The notes under the pieces: generated by a model
Seen by the model: the letters and a program-made list of their open reading frames with translations, nothing else
Database searches by the model: none
Told to the model about the DNA's origin: nothing
Shown: piece after piece, positions 1-8,946 of the stretch
Position numbering within the stretch: position 1 is the first letter of the stretch
How the letters are laid out: each line of letters begins with the position of its first letter
Translations under genes and position numbers: made by a program
Assembly: GCA_046735335.1 (NCBI GenBank)
Contig: JBKPTE010000046.1
Span: 32,080-96,079, forward strand
Reading direction: 5' to 3'
DNA from: Acidobacteriota bacterium
Lineage (GTDB): Bacteria > Acidobacteriota > Vicinamibacteria > Vicinamibacterales > 2-12-FULL-66-21
Length of the DNA stretch: 64,000 bases

Positions 1-1005
1 GCGTACCTGCGGTCGCAGCTCGAAGAGCGTTATCGCATCGACGGTCTCGTCGGCAGAAGCGGCGCGATGCGCAATCTGTTTCAACTGCTGGAGACCGTCG
101 CCGGCACGTCGAGCACCGTCCTCATCACCGGTGAGACCGGAACGGGCAAGGAGCTCGCCGCCCGCGCAATCCATCACAACAGCTCGCGGCGCTCGAGCAG
201 ATTCGTCGCGATCAACTGCAGCGCGATTCCGGAGACGCTGCTCGAAGCGGAGCTGTTCGGACACGTGCGCGGCGCCTTCACGGGCGCCGTCGGCGCGCGG
301 CAGGGGCGGCTCGAACAGGCCCACAAGGGAACGCTCTTCCTCGACGAAGTCGCCACGATGAGCCCCGCCCTGCAGGCAAAGCTGCTGCGCGTCCTCCAGG
401 AACGCGAGTTCGAGCGCGTTGGGGACTCTCACACGGTGAAGATCGACGTCCGCATCATCGCCGCAACCCATTCCGAGCTGTCCAAGATGGTCGCCGACGG
501 CTCGTTCCGCGAGGACCTCTACTACCGCTTGAACGTCATTCCCGTGCAGCTCCCGCCGCTTCGCGAACGCCGCGAAGACATTCCGCTCCTGGTGCAGCAC
601 TTCCTGCAGAAGCTCGGGGCCGACTACATCCCGCCGCGGACGGTGACGATGTCTCAGGAAGCGATGCGGCGTCTGATGGCGTACTCATGGCCGGGCAACG
701 TCCGTCAACTGGAGAACGTCGTCGAACGCGCGCTCACGTTCAGCCAGGGGCGCGCGCAGATCGAGATCGCCGATCTCGGGCCGGAGGTGGAGGCGCTGCC
801 GAACACGGGCGACGGCACGGACGACTGGTTCCCCGACGAAGGGATCGACCTGGAGCGGTACATGGAAGGGATCGAGCTGACGCTGATCAAACGCTCGCTC
901 GAGCGCACGCAGGGAAACAAGGTGCGCGCGGCACGACTGCTGAACCTCAAGCGCACGACACTGATCGAGAAACTCAAGCGGCTCGAACGACAGCCGGAAG
1001 CCTGA
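1..1005 (+). CDS. sigma-54-dependent transcriptional activator (bacterial enhancer-binding protein, NtrC family); 5' end outside the window
   Basis: The frame is open from nt 1 (AYLRSQLEERYRIDGLVGRSGAMRNL...), so the ATG at 67 in the ORF track is internal. AAA+ core with Walker A GETGTGKE, GAFTGA loop and Walker B LFLDEV. C-terminal Fis-type HTH (NKVRAARLLNLKRTTLIEKLKR). Confidence 0.9.
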   Translation, partial: AYLRSQLEERYRIDGLVGRSGAMRNLFQLLETVAGTSSTVLITGETGTGKELAARAIHHNSSRRSSRFVAINCSAIPETLLEAELFGHVRGAFTGAVGARQGRLEQAHKGTLFLDEVATMSPALQAKLLRVLQEREFERVGDSHTVKIDVRIIAATHSELSKMVADGSFREDLYYRLNVIPVQLPPLRERREDIPLLVQHFLQKLGADYIPPRTVTMSQEAMRRLMAYSWPGNVRQLENVVERALTFSQGRAQIEIADLGPEVEALPNTGDGTDDWFPDEGIDLERYMEGIELTLIKRSLERTQGNKVRAARLLNLKRTTLIEKLKRLERQPEA

Positions 1006-1008
1006 TCG

Positions 1009-1500
1009 ATGCCGCCCCGCCACGCGTTCTGGACGATCATCTACGGCAACGCGCCGACCTCGTTTCGTGCGGCAACGCGCGACGAGCTTCTGCCCACGCT
1101 GAAGCAGCTGCAGTCGAAACACCCAGACGCCGTGATGAAGTGGTTTGCCAGGGGGCGGCTCTGGACGTCTCCCGAGGAAGCGCGCGAAGCGTTGTTCCGC
1201 AAGCGCACGACGCGGCCTGAGAAGCGGGGCTGGCCCGGCGTAAAACACGAGAGGCACGATCAGAGTCCGGATCGCGAACGCGAGCATCGAGCGCCAGCGG
1301 CTCGGAGCGGCCGAAGCGCGGAAGGCCGGCGGACGGGCGAAGGGCACCGCGGGCGCGAGTGGCGTCCGGGGGGCGGCCACCGCGATCCGCGCGACCGCTT
1401 CAAGGTGCCGCGCGACGTGCGACGGAAGCGCTTCACCGCGCGCGTCCGGCGGAACGCCGCGCCGCTGAAGCCACCGCGCAAGAAGAAGGACGAGGAGTGA
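1009..1500 (+). CDS. hypothetical small basic protein (folded-looking N-terminal ~70 aa plus Arg/Lys-rich tail)
   Basis: 163-aa ORF. Its ATG lies 3 nt after the activator stop (TGAtcgATG) and its TGA overlaps the GTG of the next gene (GTGA). N-terminus FWTIIYGNAPTSFRAATRDELLPTLKQLQSKHPDAVMKWFARGRLW; the tail contains WRPGGGHRDPRDRF and KPPRKKKDEE. No family recognised. Confidence 0.55.
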   Translation: MPPRHAFWTIIYGNAPTSFRAATRDELLPTLKQLQSKHPDAVMKWFARGRLWTSPEEAREALFRKRTTRPEKRGWPGVKHERHDQSPDREREHRAPAARSGRSAEGRRTGEGHRGREWRPGGGHRDPRDRFKVPRDVRRKRFTARVRRNAAPLKPPRKKKDEE

Positions 1501-1859
1501 TCGCGCACGTCGTGCTGCTGTCCGTGCGTCAGGATCTGTCGCGGGCGGATCTGGAACGTGCGGCGGAGACGCTCGTGCGCGCCGCGCGGGAGATCCCTGG
1601 CATCCGCCGGTTCCGCGTCGGCCGGCGCATCACGCATGGCGTGCGCGGGTACGAGCAGCAGATGGTCACGAACTTCGATTACGCGCTGCTGCTCGAGTTT
1701 GACGACCGGTCCGCGCTGACGGACTACCTGCGCGCCCCGGCTCACGAGGCGCTCGGACATCTGTTTTCGACCGCAACGTCGAGCGCGCTCGCCTACGATT
1801 ACGAAATCGTTGAACCCGCCGATGCGCTGATGCTGCTCGGCGGAGAGCCTTCCGCCTAG
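1497..1859 (+). CDS. Dabb (stress-responsive dimeric alpha/beta-barrel) domain protein
   Basis: Track ORF 1359..1859 is over-extended. GTG 1497 gives VIAHVVLLSVRQDLSRADLERAAETLVRAAREIPGIRRFRVGRR...FDYALLLEFDDRSALTDYLRAPAHEAL, a typical Dabb pattern. Confidence 0.7.
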   Translation: MIAHVVLLSVRQDLSRADLERAAETLVRAAREIPGIRRFRVGRRITHGVRGYEQQMVTNFDYALLLEFDDRSALTDYLRAPAHEALGHLFSTATSSALAYDYEIVEPADALMLLGGEPSA

Positions 1860-1958
1860 AAGACCTTCCGCCTAAAGGCGGAAGCTACTGGCTTCCGGCC
1901 GTACTCCGTAGCTTCCGGATTCAGCCGGAAGCTGACGTATCCGCACACGGATGTGCGG
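1848..1958. repeat. three consecutive GC-rich hairpins after the Dabb gene; the first two are preceded by an extra direct copy of their 5' arm
   Basis: Hairpin 1: CCTTCCGCC at 1848 and 1864, loop TAAA, GGCGGAAG 1877..1884. Hairpin 2: GCTTCCGG at 1891 and 1911, loop ATTCAG, CCGGAAGC 1925..1932. Hairpin 3: CCGCACA-CGGA-TGTGCGG 1941..1958. No U-tract. Possible terminator stack. Confidence 0.7.
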
Positions 1959-2082
1959 CACGCGCCCAACCGCTCACCCCGTGCTCACTCCCTGACGCCA
2001 GAAGTTCATGACGTTGCGGGAGTTCTGTCCTGGCATCGCCAACGCAAGGAGAGCGCTCGTGCGGAAGCGAAAGGACGATTCG

Positions 2083-2541
2083 ATGCTGCGCGTCATTTTC
2101 CTGACATTGGCGGTCCTCATCGCTGGGGGCACAACCGCGCGTGCGGAGGAGTCGATGACGTCCGCCGCGCCGGTGGGCGCCGCCGTCGCAAAGGCTGCAG
2201 CCGCGACAAGGCTGGAGCTCCCCGCCTGGGCGGCGGATCGCGTCGATCGGCGTCCCGCGATGCTGCCGGCGCTCTACGGGACATATGCCGCCCTGCAGAC
2301 GCTCGATATCTATTCGACGCGGCGCGCGCTGGCCGCGGGGGCAGCCGAGGCCAACCCGCTGCTCCGCTCGGGCAGCACGGCAAGGACGATGGCCATCAAG
2401 GGAGCCGCGGGCGCGGCAACGGTCTTCTTTGCGGAACGCGCGTGGAAAAAGAACCGCGCGGGCGCAATCGTGCTGATGGCAATCCTGAATGGCACGACCG
2501 CCGCGATCGTCGCGCACAACGCGCACAACGCGCGGCGATAG
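2083..2541 (+). CDS. small secreted/membrane protein, DUF5658-like
   Basis: ATG 2083 gives a signal-like start MLRVIFLTLAVLIAGGTTARA (the track ORF starts at 2008). Motif LQTLDIYSTRRALAAGAAEANPLL plus hydrophobic C-terminal segments resemble DUF5658-type proteins. Family assignment is by eye only. Confidence 0.5.
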   Translation: MLRVIFLTLAVLIAGGTTARAEESMTSAAPVGAAVAKAAAATRLELPAWAADRVDRRPAMLPALYGTYAALQTLDIYSTRRALAAGAAEANPLLRSGSTARTMAIKGAAGAATVFFAERAWKKNRAGAIVLMAILNGTTAAIVAHNAHNARR

Positions 2542-2605
2542 GCACAGACAACGGCGCGATCACGGCCGACGGCTCGCTACGAAGATCGGAGGTCGTCGAC
2601 CCTCT

Positions 2606-3649
2606 TCACGCAGCCGCCGCTGACGACACCCCGAAGAACTCGTCGATGATCTCGCGGAGCCGCGGGATGGATTCCGCGGCGTTGATCGCGACGCGCAGGT
2701 GGGAGCCGTTCTCGATTCCCTTCGTGTACCAGGAGTTCAGTGCGCGCAGCTTGTTGATCACCCAGCGATCGTGTCCGCGCGCCGGGGAGGCCGCTGGCGA
2801 CTCGCCGGGCGCGACGTGCCGAAAGCCCTCGCCTTCGCCGGTGCGCTCGTGCTGCAGCAGATTGATGTACTCGAGGAGGAACCGTCCGCGAGCTTCCAGC
2901 GACGCGGGATCCGCGCTACGCCCCGTAGCCAGATCCGCCGCCTGCTGAAAGATCCACGGGTTGCGCAGCGCACCGCGGCCGACCAGCACGCCGCCGAGGC
3001 CGCCGTCGAGCCGCTCGATGAGCTGCGGCGCTTCCACGCAGTCGCCGCTGCCGAACACCGGGACGCCGACGGCGCCCGCTACGCGCGCGATCAGCTCCCA
3101 GTCGGAACTGCCCGTGTACGACTGCGCCGCGGTGCGCCCGTGGACTGCGATTGCTGCCGCGCCGACGTCCGCGACGCGCTTCGCGAGCTCCGGCGCGTTG
3201 ATCTGCCCCTCGTCCCAGCCGGCGCGCATCTTCACCGTGACCGGGATGCGGACCGCCTTCACCATGGCGTCGATGATCGCCTGCGCGTGCTCCGGCTCGC
3301 GCATCAGGCTGCACCCCGCGCTGTGCTTTGCAATCTTCGGCACCGGACAGCCCATGTTCACGTCCACGATGTCGGCGCCCATCTGCTCGACGATCTGCGC
3401 CGCCGCAGCCATCTTGGCCGGATCCCCCCCGAAGATCTGGATCGACACCGGGCGCTCCTCCTCGGTGTACTCGGCGTACTCGAGCGTCCGGTCGATCCCG
3501 CGAACGAGCCCTTCGGAGCTGACCATCTCGGTGACGACGAGACCGCAGCCGCCCTTGCGCTTCACGAGGCGGCGGAACGCCGTGTCGGTCATCCCCGCCA
3601 TCGGGGCGAGCGCGAACGGCGTGTCGAGTGTCAGGTCGCCAATTTTCAT
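2606..3649 (-). CDS. dus: tRNA-dihydrouridine synthase
   Basis: MKIGDLTLDTPFALAPMAGMTDTAFRRLVKRKGGCGLVVTEMVSSEGL..., a TIM-barrel Dus pattern including MGCPVPKI and HGRTAAQ. Start chosen at ATG 3649; the track ORF extends to 3703. Confidence 0.9.
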   Translation of the reverse strand: MKIGDLTLDTPFALAPMAGMTDTAFRRLVKRKGGCGLVVTEMVSSEGLVRGIDRTLEYAEYTEEERPVSIQIFGGDPAKMAAAAQIVEQMGADIVDVNMGCPVPKIAKHSAGCSLMREPEHAQAIIDAMVKAVRIPVTVKMRAGWDEGQINAPELAKRVADVGAAAIAVHGRTAAQSYTGSSDWELIARVAGAVGVPVFGSGDCVEAPQLIERLDGGLGGVLVGRGALRNPWIFQQAADLATGRSADPASLEARGRFLLEYINLLQHERTGEGEGFRHVAPGESPAASPARGHDRWVINKLRALNSWYTKGIENGSHLRVAINAAESIPRLREIIDEFFGVSSAAAA

Positions 3650-3699
3650 GATGATCTCAGTTCCGCGGAACCAAGGTTCCGCGCGACGAGCGTAGCGCT

Positions 3700-4218
3700 T
3701 CAATATGCCCGCACGTCCGCGGCATCCACTTCGACGCTGACCGCCTGCCCAATCAGATCGACGGCGAGCACGAGCCGCGCGTGCGCGCCTTTGCGCATCA
3801 GCCGGCCCACAACCCCTTTGAGCGGCCCGTGAACGACTTCAACCATCATGCCCTCCCGAATGAGCGGGCACGGGTCGTACTGGAGATCGCTCTCGACGAG
3901 CCTCCGGATGCCCTCGATCTCCTGGTCCGGTATCGGCGCGATGTCGCCGTTGAACGAAACGATGGTCACGACTCCTGAGCAGGACAGGATCGGCAGACGG
4001 CTCTGTCCTTCGAATCGCACGAAACAGTAGCCAGGAAAGAGCGGCCAGTCGATCTTCTTCCGCCGATCCTTCCAGCGGCTCCAGCGCGGGATCGTGGGAA
4101 GGAATGCTTCGTATCCCTTGCGTTCGATCTGATCGCGCACCGTCTGCTCGTGGCGCGAGCGCGTCCAGACCGCGTACCACGCGGCACCAGCCGGGCGGGA
4201 ACCGACGTCTGATGACAT
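3700..4218 (-). CDS. NusG-family paralog (NGN + KOW; RfaH/UpxY-like transcription antiterminator)
   Basis: NGN-like AWYAVWTRSRHEQTVRDQIERKGYEAFLPT...WPLFPGYCFVRFE and KOW-like GMMVEVVHGPLKGVVGRLMRK. ATG 4218..4216 shares its A with the TGA (4220..4218) of the upstream SurA-like gene. Confidence 0.8.
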   Translation of the reverse strand: MSSDVGSRPAGAAWYAVWTRSRHEQTVRDQIERKGYEAFLPTIPRWSRWKDRRKKIDWPLFPGYCFVRFEGQSRLPILSCSGVVTIVSFNGDIAPIPDQEIEGIRRLVESDLQYDPCPLIREGMMVEVVHGPLKGVVGRLMRKGAHARLVLAVDLIGQAVSVEVDAADVRAY

Positions 4219-5330
4219 CAGTTTCCGGCGGATGCCGCGGCAGCTTCGTCCGCCGCGAGCTGCTTCTCGTACGCCTTCTTCAGCTCTTCGTTCTTCCACT
4301 CGATCAGCGCCTGCGATCGAAGGCGCGTGAGGAACTTCCGCATCTCCGTCTGCGTCCGCGCCGATGCCACCTTGTCGGCGATCAAGTCGCGCACGCGGTC
4401 GAACGGCTGCAACGTCTCCGGCTTGACGGATTCGAGCTTCAGCAACTGATATCCGCGCGGCGTGCGCAGCGGCTGCGTCACGTCGCCGGGCTTCATCTTG
4501 TCGAGGAGCTCCTGCAGCTGCGGCGAGATGTCGTTGCGCGCGAACGGACCGATCAGCCCGCCGTTCGACTTCGACGAGGAATCGGACACCTCGCCAGCCA
4601 CCTTCGCGAAGTCCTCTCCCTTCGCGATCCGGGCACGCGCCGCCTCGATCTTCTTCATCGCCGCATCGTCGAGGCCGACGTTGAACGTGGTCTGCCCCTG
4701 CTGTCCCTTCTGCGAAGGCACGTCGACGACGATCTCGCGCAGCGTGATCGACGCGGGGTCGGTGAACTCCTTCGGATGCTGCTCGTAGTACTGCCGCGCC
4801 TCGGCTTCGGTGATCGTGAGCTTCGAGCCGACCTCCTGGCGCTGCACCTGCTCGATCAGCATCTGTCGTTCGAGCTGACGCCGCAGGTCGTCCATGGTCA
4901 TGTTCTCCTGCTTGAGCGCCGCCTGGAACTTCGCGTCGTCCTGCAGGTTCTGCTCTTTGCGGATGTTGTTGACCACCTGGCGGAACTGCTCGTCGCCCAG
5001 ATGGAAGCCCAGTTCCTTGCCGCGCTGCAGGAGCAGCAGCTCGTCGACGGCGTTCACCAGGACTTCCGGCGTGATCTCGGCGAGCAGCTTCTTCAGCTCC
5101 TCGTCGTTCTTCATCATCTCGGGATCGACCTTGCCGTTGAGGCGCTGCCGGAGCGCCGACACCTGGCGCTGCTCGAGATCGGTCTTGGTGATGATGTCGC
5201 CGTTCACCTTGACGAGAATCTGCTCGATGATTTCGCCCGCCGGGGCGGCGGCGCGGACGCCTGGGGCGGACCAGGCGACCGACAGGGCGGCTACGAGCCC
5301 CGCCGCGAGAAACTTCTTCATGTTGTACAT
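4218..5330 (-). CDS. periplasmic chaperone / peptidyl-prolyl isomerase, SurA-like (SurA_N + parvulin)
   Basis: Signal peptide MKKFLAAGLVAALSVAWSAPGVRA. SurA N-domain pattern (ILVKVNGDIITKTDLEQR). Parvulin domain (EDFAKVAGEVSDSSSKSNGGLIGPFARNDISPQLQELLDKMKPGDVTQPLRTPRGYQLLKLE). ATG 5321 is an alternative start. Confidence 0.8.
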   Translation of the reverse strand: MYNMKKFLAAGLVAALSVAWSAPGVRAAAPAGEIIEQILVKVNGDIITKTDLEQRQVSALRQRLNGKVDPEMMKNDEELKKLLAEITPEVLVNAVDELLLLQRGKELGFHLGDEQFRQVVNNIRKEQNLQDDAKFQAALKQENMTMDDLRRQLERQMLIEQVQRQEVGSKLTITEAEARQYYEQHPKEFTDPASITLREIVVDVPSQKGQQGQTTFNVGLDDAAMKKIEAARARIAKGEDFAKVAGEVSDSSSKSNGGLIGPFARNDISPQLQELLDKMKPGDVTQPLRTPRGYQLLKLESVKPETLQPFDRVRDLIADKVASARTQTEMRKFLTRLRSQALIEWKNEELKKAYEKQLAADEAAAASAGN

Positions 5331-5355
5331 CCGTAAATTGCTGTAATTCTGTATC

Positions 5356-8300
5356 TTAGCGCACTCCGACGCCCTCGCTCAACTCGCGCAGCAACCCGGA
5401 AAGGCGGCTGAAGAGGCCGCCCTCGCCGCGCGGATCCTCCTTCGCCGGCTTGAGGATCTCGTCGCGGCTGAACCCCGGCGTCACCTCGCCGGCAGTCGCT
5501 CGTGTGGTCCACCACGATGCTTTCGGCGGCGGCGCCTTCGCTCCCCCTACGGGGCGCGCGGCCGGCGTCGGGCGTCCGCCGCCCGTCGGCAGCTTCCGCA
5601 TGTCCAGCTTGAGCGTCGCCGGGGGCGTGAGCTGGATGTCCTGACGCTCCTGAACGAGCCGGAACAGCCACGCCGGATCGAGGCGCGCCTCCGGCCTGAA
5701 CTTTAAGACGACGACCTGCCCTTCCCGGTCGATGGACTCCACGCCGACGCCGTCCGCGAGAACCCGGATGAGCGCGTACTCGGCGAGGTTCTCGATTGAA
5801 GGGGGCGGCGAACCATAGCGGTCGCGCAGCTCGTCGAGGACGCGACGCAGCTCGGCTTCGGAGCGGACGCCGGCCATCCGCCGGTAGACCGTGAGCCGCT
5901 GGTTCATGTCGGGGATGTAGTTCTCGTCGATCCGCAGATCGACGCGGAGGTTGACGTTCGCGCGCGCCTCGTCCTCGATCTCTTCGCCCTTCAGCTCCTT
6001 GATCGTCTGCTCGAGTAGCTTCATGTACATGTCGAACCCTACGGCTTCGATGTGCCCGCTCTGTTCCCCGCCGAGCAGGTTGCCGGCCCCCCGGATCTCG
6101 AGATCCAGCGCCGCCACGCGAAAGCCGCTGCCCAGATCGCTGAACTCGCGGATGGCGGCGAGGCGTTTCTTCGCGACGGGCGACAACGCTTCTTCGGGCG
6201 GGATCAGCAGGTAGGCGTACGCGCGGCGGTCCGAACGGCCGACACGGCCGCGAAGCTGATAGAGCTGCGACAACCCGTAGCGATCGGCGCGATTGATCAC
6301 GATCGTGTTCGCATTCGGGATGTCGAGGCCGTTCTCGATGATCGTCGTCGCGAGGAGGACATCGTACTTGTGCCCGACGAAGTCGACCATCACGCGCTCG
6401 AGCGCATCCTCCGCCATCTGCCCGTGGCCGACCGCAATCCGCGCTTCGGGTACGAGCCGGGTGATCAGATTGCCCAGGGAGTAGATGGACTCGACCCGAT
6501 TGTGGACGAAGTACACCTGACCGCCGCGTTCGAGCTCGGTCCGGATCGCGCGCGAGATCACCGGCTGATCGAATTTGACGACGTTCGTCTGGATCGAGAG
6601 GCGGTCCTTCGGCGGCGTCTCGATGATCGACATGTCACGGATGCCCGCGAGCGACATGTTCAGCGTGCGCGGAATCGGCGTCGCTGTCATCGTCAAAACG
6701 TCGACGCGCTTCTTCAGTTGCTTGATCCGCTCCTTGTGAGCGACGCCGAACCGCTGCTCCTCGTCCACGATCAGCAGGCCGAGATCGCGGAACTTGACGT
6801 CCTTCGAGAGCAGCCGGTGCGTGCCGACGATGATCTCGACCTTACCGGCTTCCAAATCGCTGAGGATCTGTTTCTGTTCGGCCTTGCTGCGGAAGCGGCT
6901 CACCATCTCGATGCGCACGGGGAACGCCGCGAAACGATCCGTCAGCGTCTTCAGGTGCTGGAACGCGAGGACGGTCGTGGGCGCGAGCAAGGCGACCTGC
7001 TTGCCGTCCATCACGGCCTTGAATGCCGCGCGCATGGCCACCTCGGTCTTGCCGTACCCGACGTCGCCGCAGAGCAGTCGATCCATCGGCGAGGGCGCTT
7101 CCATGTCGCGCTTGATGTCGGCGATCGCGGACTGCTGGTCCGGCGTCAGCTCCCACTCGAAGGCCTCCTCGAACTCCTCCTGCCAGTGCGTGTCGGGGCT
7201 GAACGCGTGCCCGGAAACGGCGCGGCGCGACGCGTAGAGCTTCAGCAGCTCCTCCGCCATGTCGCGCATCGCCTTCTTGACGCGCGTCTTCGCCTTCTCC
7301 CACGTCGTTCCGCCGAGTCGATCCAGCGACGGGCGCGCCGCTCCGGTGTACTTCTGGACGAGATCGAGCCGTTCGACCGGCACGAACAGCTTGTCCTCGC
7401 CGGCATAACGGAGCTCCATGAACTCCTGCGGCTCGAGCCCGACCTCGATGCGCTTCAACCCGACGAAGACGCCGATGCCGTGGTCCACGTGGACCACGAG
7501 ATCGCCGACCTTCAGATCGCGAAAGTCCGAAAGGAAGGTCTGTGCGGCCGAGCGGCGGCGCTCGTGCGTGCGCCGCTCCTCGTCGAAGACGTCCGTCTCC
7601 GCCCAGAGCTGCAGAGTGGCATCGGGCAGCCGGAAGCCTTGGGAGAGGTGGCCGACCGTGACGAGCACGGCGCGCGCGTGCGAGTCCTCGCCGCGATCGA
7701 TCGGAGACGCGGGCACCTGATAATCCGCCAGCATTTCGATCACGCGCTCGGCGCGGCCCTGCGAGTGCGCGACGAACACGACCGTGTCGCCGCGCTCGCG
7801 GGTCCGCCGCAGCTCCGCGACCCAGTCGGGGACGCGGCCGGCGAACTCCATGGCGGGCTGACACGCGACGTGCACGCCGCCGTCGGATTCGACCGCGAGC
7901 GTCTGGAGTGGCGTACCGCGCTCGAGCAGTTCGGCCACATCGTCCGGCGCAATGACGAGCGATTCAGGCGGAGGCGCGGTTTGATTGCGGAGAACGGTCT
8001 CGCCGTAGCTGTCGTCGATCTGCGTTCGCAGCTTCGCGAGCGCCGCGCGGACTTCGTCGGGCTCCGAGACGAAGACGATCGGGCGCGCGGAGGCGAAGTA
8101 CTCGAGGATGGTCGCGGAACGATCCGGAGTGTCGGCGTCCGCCAGCAGCTCCTGAAGGGGAACGATGGCCGCCTGATCGAGCGGACGGGTGGAGCGTTGG
8201 GTCGACGCGTCGTAGGTGCGGAGCGACTCGATCGTGTCGCCGATGAACTCCAGCCGGATCGGTTGACGCGCTCCCGCGGGATAGAAGTCCACGACCCCGC

Positions 8301-8859
8301 CGCGCGCGGAGAATTCGCCGGGCTCATCCGTCGGATCTTCACGGCGGTAGCCCGACTCGACGAGACGATCGACGAGATCGAGGGGAGAGATGTCGTCGCC
8401 GGGACGGAGCAGCAGGCCCGTGCCCCGGAGGCGCGCGGGCGGGCTCAGCCGTGGGAGCAGCGCCGCCGCGGACGCAATCGCCACGCGCGCCGAACCGTCC
8501 GCCAGGCCGTACAGCGCACGCGCCCGAGCGGATGCGATGTCGAAGTGCGGCGCAAGCCCGCGATACGGATCGACCTCGTGAGACGGGAAGGGCAGGACTA
8601 CATGTGCCGCCTCGGCCTCCGACAAGCCGTCGAGCGCGCCGAGGAAGAAGCGCAGGTCGGCGGTGAGCTGCTCGACATCCGCATCGGACGGAACGACGAG
8701 CACGACCTTTTCGCGCGACGCGGCGGCCGCCGCGTAGAACGCCTTGGCGGCGGACGTCAGGCCCGCGACCGGCTGGCCCGGCGCGCTGCGCGGCAGGCGC
8801 GACGCCGCCGTCTTCAGGAGCGCGCGGAGCGAGAGCGAAGTCGATGTGGATGGTCCCAT
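5356..8859 (-). CDS. mfd: transcription-repair coupling factor
   Basis: 1167 aa from ATG 8859 (the track ORF runs on to 8982 through a repeat). SF2 translocase motifs LLCGDVGYGKTEVAMRAA and LLIVDEEQRFGV, a CarD-like RNAP-interaction region (GDLVVHVDHGIGVF), and a conserved C-terminal domain. Confidence 0.95.
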   Translation of the reverse strand: MGPSTSTSLSLRALLKTAASRLPRSAPGQPVAGLTSAAKAFYAAAAASREKVVLVVPSDADVEQLTADLRFFLGALDGLSEAEAAHVVLPFPSHEVDPYRGLAPHFDIASARARALYGLADGSARVAIASAAALLPRLSPPARLRGTGLLLRPGDDISPLDLVDRLVESGYRREDPTDEPGEFSARGGVVDFYPAGARQPIRLEFIGDTIESLRTYDASTQRSTRPLDQAAIVPLQELLADADTPDRSATILEYFASARPIVFVSEPDEVRAALAKLRTQIDDSYGETVLRNQTAPPPESLVIAPDDVAELLERGTPLQTLAVESDGGVHVACQPAMEFAGRVPDWVAELRRTRERGDTVVFVAHSQGRAERVIEMLADYQVPASPIDRGEDSHARAVLVTVGHLSQGFRLPDATLQLWAETDVFDEERRTHERRRSAAQTFLSDFRDLKVGDLVVHVDHGIGVFVGLKRIEVGLEPQEFMELRYAGEDKLFVPVERLDLVQKYTGAARPSLDRLGGTTWEKAKTRVKKAMRDMAEELLKLYASRRAVSGHAFSPDTHWQEEFEEAFEWELTPDQQSAIADIKRDMEAPSPMDRLLCGDVGYGKTEVAMRAAFKAVMDGKQVALLAPTTVLAFQHLKTLTDRFAAFPVRIEMVSRFRSKAEQKQILSDLEAGKVEIIVGTHRLLSKDVKFRDLGLLIVDEEQRFGVAHKERIKQLKKRVDVLTMTATPIPRTLNMSLAGIRDMSIIETPPKDRLSIQTNVVKFDQPVISRAIRTELERGGQVYFVHNRVESIYSLGNLITRLVPEARIAVGHGQMAEDALERVMVDFVGHKYDVLLATTIIENGLDIPNANTIVINRADRYGLSQLYQLRGRVGRSDRRAYAYLLIPPEEALSPVAKKRLAAIREFSDLGSGFRVAALDLEIRGAGNLLGGEQSGHIEAVGFDMYMKLLEQTIKELKGEEIEDEARANVNLRVDLRIDENYIPDMNQRLTVYRRMAGVRSEAELRRVLDELRDRYGSPPPSIENLAEYALIRVLADGVGVESIDREGQVVVLKFRPEARLDPAWLFRLVQERQDIQLTPPATLKLDMRKLPTGGGRPTPAARPVGGAKAPPPKASWWTTRATAGEVTPGFSRDEILKPAKEDPRGEGGLFSRLSGLLRELSEGVGVR

Positions 8860-8905
8860 GGGATGGCCGTGGCACAGGCCGCAACCGTACATTCTAACGC
8901 GGCGG

Positions 8906-8946
8906 GGTTGGAGGTTGGTTGTTGGAGGTTGGTTGTTGGATGTTGG
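8906..8946. repeat. tandem 14-nt repeat GGAGGTTGGTTGTT x2.6
   Basis: Identical copies at 8910..8923 and 8924..8937, then GGATGTTGG. Lies in the divergent mfd / PEP-CTERM spacer. No inverted partner seen nearby. Confidence 0.85.

Noticed and set aside
8870-8886. Sigma-54 promoter (TGGCAC) upstream of the PEP-CTERM gene, given the bEBP in the window
   Set aside because: TGGCAC is followed by aggccGCAA. The GC element is not at the required GG-N10-GC spacing, and the site is ~250 nt from the start codon.
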